Shown here piece after piece: positions 59,227 to 64,000 of a DNA stretch of 64,000 nt (positions within the stretch are counted from its first letter, which is position 1; every line of letters starts with the position of its first letter). The notes beneath the pieces were generated by a model. It was not told where the DNA came from. It made no database searches and worked only from the letters and a program-made list of their open reading frames with translations. The stretch lies in IMG/VR virus record IMGVR_UViG_2788500220_000013, positions 32,001 to 96,000 of that record, one strand, 5' to 3'. The DNA is from a virus. Its lineage: Duplodnaviria > Caudoviricetes. The position numbers and the translations under genes are program-made.

Positions 59227-60759
59227 TTACTCCACCCTAAATTGGGCCCCTGAATCTTCTATAATATACTCTACATCTCTGTCTAACACAAGATAATCTA
59301 CTGTATATGATCGGCCGGAAGGGAGGGCACTCATATAAAAATCAAAAAACATTCCATCAACATCAGATGATACCCTTGTCCCATTGTTCTCTTGCTTGAA
59401 TGGTACTATAACATCCCCAGTTAATACATCTTTTATCCTATAATAAACCTCATTTAAAATAATACTATCTAAACTAACAGGAAGTTTTGTGGCTTTTCTT
59501 TCGACCTCTAAATCACGAGCAAACAATCTAAATCTGGTTTTATCAGAGGTGTGATATTTTTCCCTGATATTTGTTGTAACCAAGTCTAAACGGCGTGAAG
59601 ATGAAGAAAATGCAGTTCTAAATGGTGATTGTATCTTTAAAGATCCAGTATGATAACATATACTGTTATCAGTTGACCTCCAATATTCATCAAATGTAAT
59701 TGATCCGCTAGCCAAAACAAAATCCTGGATCGTGTCTTCAGGATTTACATTAGTAGAATCAGTTGTGTCGATTGCGAATGAGGCAGTATATACCCCATCA
59801 ACAGAATTCTCACCAATCATTAACTGAGATACATCTACTGTTTTTGTAAAAGATCCTGTAACGATATCTACCTTCATACATGATGCCCCAGAGAGCCCTA
59901 AAGAATTGCCGGCTAGAATATTTGCTCCAGCTCCATAATGATAATTCTTTAAAAATAAAGATCCCGTTAAGTCAAAATAAAAGTTTTTATGATTATCTTG
60001 GTTGCTATTATCCCATGAAACCTCAATGCGGGGCCTGTTTCGTGAAGTACTAACATGGCGTGAGGCAAAGCGTTTAACAAACCTAGTTTTATTATCTGTT
60101 TCTTGAGAACCTGAAAATGATAGCCTGAATCCATGATTGGGAATCAGGCCGGCCATTGAGGCGGAGACAATTGTGGTTATATCCAGAACCAGATTTTCTG
60201 TTCCATTAACAAAATGTTGAGTTACAAACAGGTCTTGAATACCTGAACCATCATTTAAGTTTCCGGATGAAATAATATCAATATCATTTGAGCCCAATAA
60301 TCCCTGGGCGTTGGCACCAGTGGTATGCCATTCGACAGCAGAAGAATTTGAAATCGATGATGTTACCCAGTTTGAAACATCTAAGTCATTAAATGATAAA
60401 ACATCTTTTCCAGAACCTTCATCAAATGATTTTGCTAATGGAAATAATATAATAGTAAAATCTACGGGTACTGCCTGGCCTCCCATAATATCAGACATAT
60501 GTAATTTACACTCGAAAGAATCATCATTTAAGTCTAAAATAGATGATGTTAACTCTTGTAGGCCTTCATAATCAAATTTCAATAATATTCTAGATAGTTC
60601 CTGTGGCTCTGTCTCTCCATCTATTACTGATTCATCATGTAGTTTAAATAAATCTAACGTACCGGCCATCCCAACATTTGCATCCGACGTACGAAACTTA
60701 TTATTCATAATTTTGTTAGTTATATACGTGTCTTTATCTGGGTCTAAAATAAAAAACAT
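59227..60759 (-). CDS. DNRLRE-like domain structural protein (510 aa)
   Basis: KDTYI...SRILLKFD...LVLDITTIV...NHGFRL...FASR...RPRIEVSW pattern. Confidence 0.6.
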   Translation of the reverse strand: MFFILDPDKDTYITNKIMNNKFRTSDANVGMAGTLDLFKLHDESVIDGETEPQELSRILLKFDYEGLQELTSSILDLNDDSFECKLHMSDIMGGQAVPVDFTIILFPLAKSFDEGSGKDVLSFNDLDVSNWVTSSISNSSAVEWHTTGANAQGLLGSNDIDIISSGNLNDGSGIQDLFVTQHFVNGTENLVLDITTIVSASMAGLIPNHGFRLSFSGSQETDNKTRFVKRFASRHVSTSRNRPRIEVSWDNSNQDNHKNFYFDLTGSLFLKNYHYGAGANILAGNSLGLSGASCMKVDIVTGSFTKTVDVSQLMIGENSVDGVYTASFAIDTTDSTNVNPEDTIQDFVLASGSITFDEYWRSTDNSICYHTGSLKIQSPFRTAFSSSSRRLDLVTTNIREKYHTSDKTRFRLFARDLEVERKATKLPVSLDSIILNEVYYRIKDVLTGDVIVPFKQENNGTRVSSDVDGMFFDFYMSALPSGRSYTVDYLVLDRDVEYIIEDSGAQFRVE

Positions 60760-60772
60760 AGACTATAATCTC

Positions 60773-62623
60773 CTAAGATGCTGTTCCAATAATATCATGA
60801 TCTGGATATCTAAGCTCAAATATCGAACCTGGTGGCCCTACAACAAGGCCTTTAAATGTATTTGCTGCAAGATTTAGACTTACATTACTATATTCTCTAT
60901 CCTGAATTATTCCTCGCATGTTATTAACGGATAAGTCAACCAATGATAAAACGTCTGGTGTATTAATAATAACATTGATAATATCAATCATCATAATGGG
61001 TTGATCTATTTGGAATGCCTCAATCTTTAAAATATCCTTAAGACGACGAATGACCTTCTGTACAGTTACTTCTTTATTAGCAATTGGATCAACTATAATG
61101 TTAAATTCAACAGAATAATTTAAAATCCTTGCATCTAAAACATCAACTGCATCTGATATTAGTCTAAAATCGTCTACATATGTCCTTAGGTTTTTCTTTA
61201 ATGAATCTGGGGCAAATGCCAGTCGGCCCATTTTATCCAAACTAACAATAAATAATTGGGATGCTAAATGGTTATTTGGATCTGGTCGTAAACCTGCCCG
61301 AAAGACGCGGCCGAATTCAGAGGGCAAAGTATAAATACGAGACAATAAGTCTTGCTTTGTTACTACCCGGGATTGCATTTGTCTAGCAGAAGGGATTTGT
61401 TTTTTAACTTGATCTAACGTTGGTTTTTTCGCGCCACCAGCTGCTGGGAATCGATTTGTGACAGCAATAGAATCCCGTACGAACCTGATTGTTTCGGTCG
61501 GTAAGCTAGAGTTTCTTGGCCATTTTATCAGAAGTTGTTCAACATTTTTAATTTCCCCTGAATTAACATTATGTGATAGACCACCGCCGAAACGATACTT
61601 TACCTTAATAGTTGTTCCCCGGGGTGATAGGCCAAGGGTATGGGTATCTAATAGCTTGTTTGGATCTAGCGAAAATCTAGGAATGACCGTCTTTCCATAC
61701 AGGGGCAATGATAATTCGCTAGGGTCTGGTATAACGTCATCATCAAATGATGCAGAATCACCAGAGCCAAACCTAAGGACTGTCCTCTTTGTATTAGGGT
61801 CAACATGTCTTGTGTATCGATATGTTGCAGGTTTAACCTCTAGGGTATATTCTACAATATCAGCATCATCATTAATATTCTTAATTCCCTGATATACTGT
61901 GTCTTGTGCTAGGGATTCAACTTCGTAGTAAATGTTGTGGTTCGTATCTTCAACGGAAATAATGTCTGTCAAGTCAGGTTTTGATAATGATATTTTTCTG
62001 AAAGGAACATGGTCATCTGAGATCGTAAAATACTCTTCCGTGGATTTTCCCGAAAGACATATTACATTTTTTTCTAACACAAAATATGTCGGGTGATTAT
62101 CATTTGGGTCTGTTGCGGATGTTGTTACATTGGCTAGTAAGACCCCACCTAAATTCGTCTCAGAAAAATCTACATCTTCCGTTGTGATAAATGATGCTCC
62201 ACCCCCAGTAAAAACTGTCCCCTCTAGTATTTGTGGTAGTGCCATTGTATTGGGGACATAAGCATCCCCCTCAAAAACAGACGGTACCTCTATTCGAATT
62301 GTTACCTCTGCAACTGCAGGTGAGGGCCCTGGGATTTTTAATCCAGCATTTTCGATATGCCGATGGATATTCTTCATCTCAATAGCAGTATCCCACCGAA
62401 GCTCATTAAATTGATGATCCATATAAAATGACATAGAGTCGCCAATCATCGCAGCCATATCTAACAACAACCCGCCGACAGACGCCTCAGAAAAATCATT
62501 AATCTGATCTGGGAAATACGTTCTGGCATATCTTAATAAGTCAGATCTAAATCCAGAGAAATCCCTGGACAAATAGGATCTCGTTTTCTCTTTCTTTATC
62601 TTCTTCTTAATATTAATCGTCAT
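60773..62623 (-). CDS. gp6: Baseplate wedge subunit (T4 gp6 / baseplate J-like)
   Basis: YLSRDFSGFRSDLL...DFSEASVGGLLLDMAA...SFYMD, LRFGSG, YRFGGG, AAGGA, QSRVVTKQD. Confidence 0.88.
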   Translation of the reverse strand: MTINIKKKIKKEKTRSYLSRDFSGFRSDLLRYARTYFPDQINDFSEASVGGLLLDMAAMIGDSMSFYMDHQFNELRWDTAIEMKNIHRHIENAGLKIPGPSPAVAEVTIRIEVPSVFEGDAYVPNTMALPQILEGTVFTGGGASFITTEDVDFSETNLGGVLLANVTTSATDPNDNHPTYFVLEKNVICLSGKSTEEYFTISDDHVPFRKISLSKPDLTDIISVEDTNHNIYYEVESLAQDTVYQGIKNINDDADIVEYTLEVKPATYRYTRHVDPNTKRTVLRFGSGDSASFDDDVIPDPSELSLPLYGKTVIPRFSLDPNKLLDTHTLGLSPRGTTIKVKYRFGGGLSHNVNSGEIKNVEQLLIKWPRNSSLPTETIRFVRDSIAVTNRFPAAGGAKKPTLDQVKKQIPSARQMQSRVVTKQDLLSRIYTLPSEFGRVFRAGLRPDPNNHLASQLFIVSLDKMGRLAFAPDSLKKNLRTYVDDFRLISDAVDVLDARILNYSVEFNIIVDPIANKEVTVQKVIRRLKDILKIEAFQIDQPIMMIDIINVIINTPDVLSLVDLSVNNMRGIIQDREYSNVSLNLAANTFKGLVVGPPGSIFELRYPDHDIIGTAS

Positions 62624-62629
62624 TAAACA

Positions 62630-63118
62630 TTATCCCGTTACATACATTGTTACTTCCATTGCCTTAATATTATTATTAAGCTTAGGAACCTTATAGGTAA
62701 TACGTATCTTAACTTTTGCAACATGTTGATTATCATGATGTTCGACAGACGTCTCAAATGTATCAAGTTCTATATACGGTAAATACTTTGTTGTTGAAAC
62801 CTTAATCCTGCTTATAGCTTTTGTATCGCCAGACTCACTACCTAATTCATGGACTAACTCTTCAAGATTTGCACCAAAATCAAAAAATCCTAATCTCTCT
62901 CCATGGTTTGTCATTAATAGATTGCGAAAATTATCATGAATCTGATCTGCTAGTGCAGTGTGCATCTTAAATAGGCCATGATTATTTATTCCTGGCTCTA
63001 GAGGTGTCTTGAACCCTATGGGTATCTCATTGGGAGGAATGATACCATCAATAATCCGATCAGACTCATTAATGCCAACACTCTTAAAACTATATTTTGT
63101 TGCGATCTGATTTGCCAT
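62630..63118 (-). CDS. gp25: Baseplate wedge / sheath initiator (gp25/GPW-like)
   Basis: QIHDNFRNLLMTNHGERLGFFDFGANL...YLPYIEL...IRITY. Confidence 0.9.
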   Translation of the reverse strand: MANQIATKYSFKSVGINESDRIIDGIIPPNEIPIGFKTPLEPGINNHGLFKMHTALADQIHDNFRNLLMTNHGERLGFFDFGANLEELVHELGSESGDTKAISRIKVSTTKYLPYIELDTFETSVEHHDNQHVAKVKIRITYKVPKLNNNIKAMEVTMYVTG

Positions 63119-63148
63119 AAACTGTTTGTCCTTACCACCTATCGTAAC

Positions 63149-63155
63149 TAAATAT
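63149..63155 (-). promoter_or_regulatory. Putative late promoter motif ATATTTA
   Basis: Exact match 30 nt upstream of the gp25 ATG. Confidence 0.55.
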
Positions 63156-63218
63156 TGCCCTTAATAAATTATCGCAATATATAGGCGAATAATTCAAGGC
63201 TATAAAGTAAACTATCAA

Positions 63219-64000
63219 TCAAGATAATGTTCCCGTACCGGATCCTGAACAACCGTCAGTCTCCGACGGTACTGTAGCTCCTGATGATACGTTCGAGTTT
63301 CCGGAAACAGTTCTTCCATCAGTCTTCTCATCAGTAGTTATGACAGTGACTGATTCAAAATATGCACGGATGCCATCACAGACACCCTTCGCAAGGATCT
63401 TATTAACTATCTCATCCTTTGCTAATGACAATTTGTCCGAATCTGTTGCATCTGGGTTTGACAAATCTGCATATGACCCGGAGGGCGCTGCACCTGCTTC
63501 CATAGCTTCAATATATGCATCTTTTATTGCAGCATCTAAATCGCTGTCAGCGCCTGCAGTTAAGCCAGTAGCTGTGCCACCCTCACCCTCACCATCGCCC
63601 TCACCATCAGTAGCAATCGAACCCCCAGAATTTCCGCTACCTGGTGCACTTGTGCCTGCAGTTGTATCTGACTTTGTTACAATAGCATGATCCTTTGTAT
63701 ACGTATGGATATACCCGGCCAGCTCAGTAGCAAAAGAAGTTATATTTGCTACTGCATCTTGTTCACCAGCCTCGCCCTTGTCATGAAGATTTGTTTTTTT
63801 TGCATTAAATATATCTTCCTGAAGTGTTGACAATAGTCCTGAATCGTGAACTACGTGGCCCTTACATGCTGATGATGTTGTTTCGTCATTTGCGCCAGAT
63901 GCTGAACACGTCTCTGTTTCCCATGTAACAACAAGATCTAACTTTGAAGACATTAGAAATTGATCAATAGCCAGGCCGAGGTCATTAGCTAACTGTTCTA
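63219..64000 (-). CDS. Three-repeat protein upstream of gp25, 5'-truncated (possible spike-tip protein)
   Basis: The frame stays open upstream of Met 63953 to the window edge (EQLANDLGLAIDQFLMSS...), so that Met is probably internal. Confidence 0.7.
   Translation of the reverse strand, partial: EQLANDLGLAIDQFLMSSKLDLVVTWETETCSASGANDETTSSACKGHVVHDSGLLSTLQEDIFNAKKTNLHDKGEAGEQDAVANITSFATELAGYIHTYTKDHAIVTKSDTTAGTSAPGSGNSGGSIATDGEGDGEGEGGTATGLTAGADSDLDAAIKDAYIEAMEAGAAPSGSYADLSNPDATDSDKLSLAKDEIVNKILAKGVCDGIRAYFESVTVITTDEKTDGRTVSGNSNVSSGATVPSETDGCSGSGTGTLS

Larger units (their letters stand above)
1..64000 (-). mobile_element. Segment of a large T4-like myovirus (jumbo/huge phage) genome: head, neck, tail and baseplate modules plus recombination/replication genes
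   Basis: Terminase, portal, protease, T4 gp23-like capsid, sheaths, tube, gp25 and gp6 are co-oriented and densely packed. No host housekeeping genes, integrase or att site seen. Confidence 0.97.

Noticed and set aside
1-63690. All plus-strand ORFs in the track (e.g. 16093..16734, 16822..17517, 22312..22566)
   Set aside because: They are antisense shadows of long minus-strand genes; their Ser-rich translations mirror Asp/Glu codons, and none shows a recognisable motif.
63951-63953. Met 63953 as the true start of the 244-aa ORF
   Set aside because: The frame remains open to the window edge and continues the first repeat unit.
1-64000. Stop-codon reassignment (TAG or TGA), seen in some large phages
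   Set aside because: Genes are full length in code 11, and TAA, TAG and TGA all end recognisable proteins at expected positions.
1-64000. tRNA/ncRNA genes, DGR template repeats, integrase or att sites
   Set aside because: Intergenic gaps are under about 170 bp and show no cloverleaf; no reverse transcriptase, long near-identical repeat or recombinase was noticed by eye (not computationally excluded).

Overview
The whole window is a segment of a large (jumbo/huge-type) T4-like myovirus genome in the standard genetic code. Every credible gene is on the minus strand. In transcription order (high to low coordinate) it encodes: a 5'-truncated three-repeat protein; gp25-like and gp6-like baseplate proteins; a block of very large baseplate/fibre-like proteins (DNRLRE-like, LamG + P2-gpI-like, a 2361-aa giant) interrupted by a GT2-TPR glycosyltransferase; three large basic proteins; tail-collar-like proteins; a RuvC-like resolvase, primase and single-chain Mre11-Rad50 (SbcD-SbcC) fusion; large terminase, portal, prohead protease, small prohead-core proteins, scaffold and major capsid protein; neck proteins gp13/14/15; two full-length tail sheath genes; one tail tube; a gp26-like chaperone with a probable +1 frameshift extension; and the start of the tape measure gene (absent from the ORF track). 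The most notable signals are: (1) strong enrichment of [S/T]-G-S tripeptides in a subset of external virion proteins around an embedded protein-glycosyltransferase-like gene (candidate virion O-glycosylation system); (2) a conserved ATANTTA motif upstream of structural genes (candidate late promoter, resembling an inverted T4 TATAAATA) plus a second TGGGTATAWT-N9-start class at non-structural genes; (3) a +1 frameshift at a U7 run; (4) a portable ~145-aa domain inserted in one sheath and in baseplate proteins. All family assignments come from motif recognition by eye; no database search was run.
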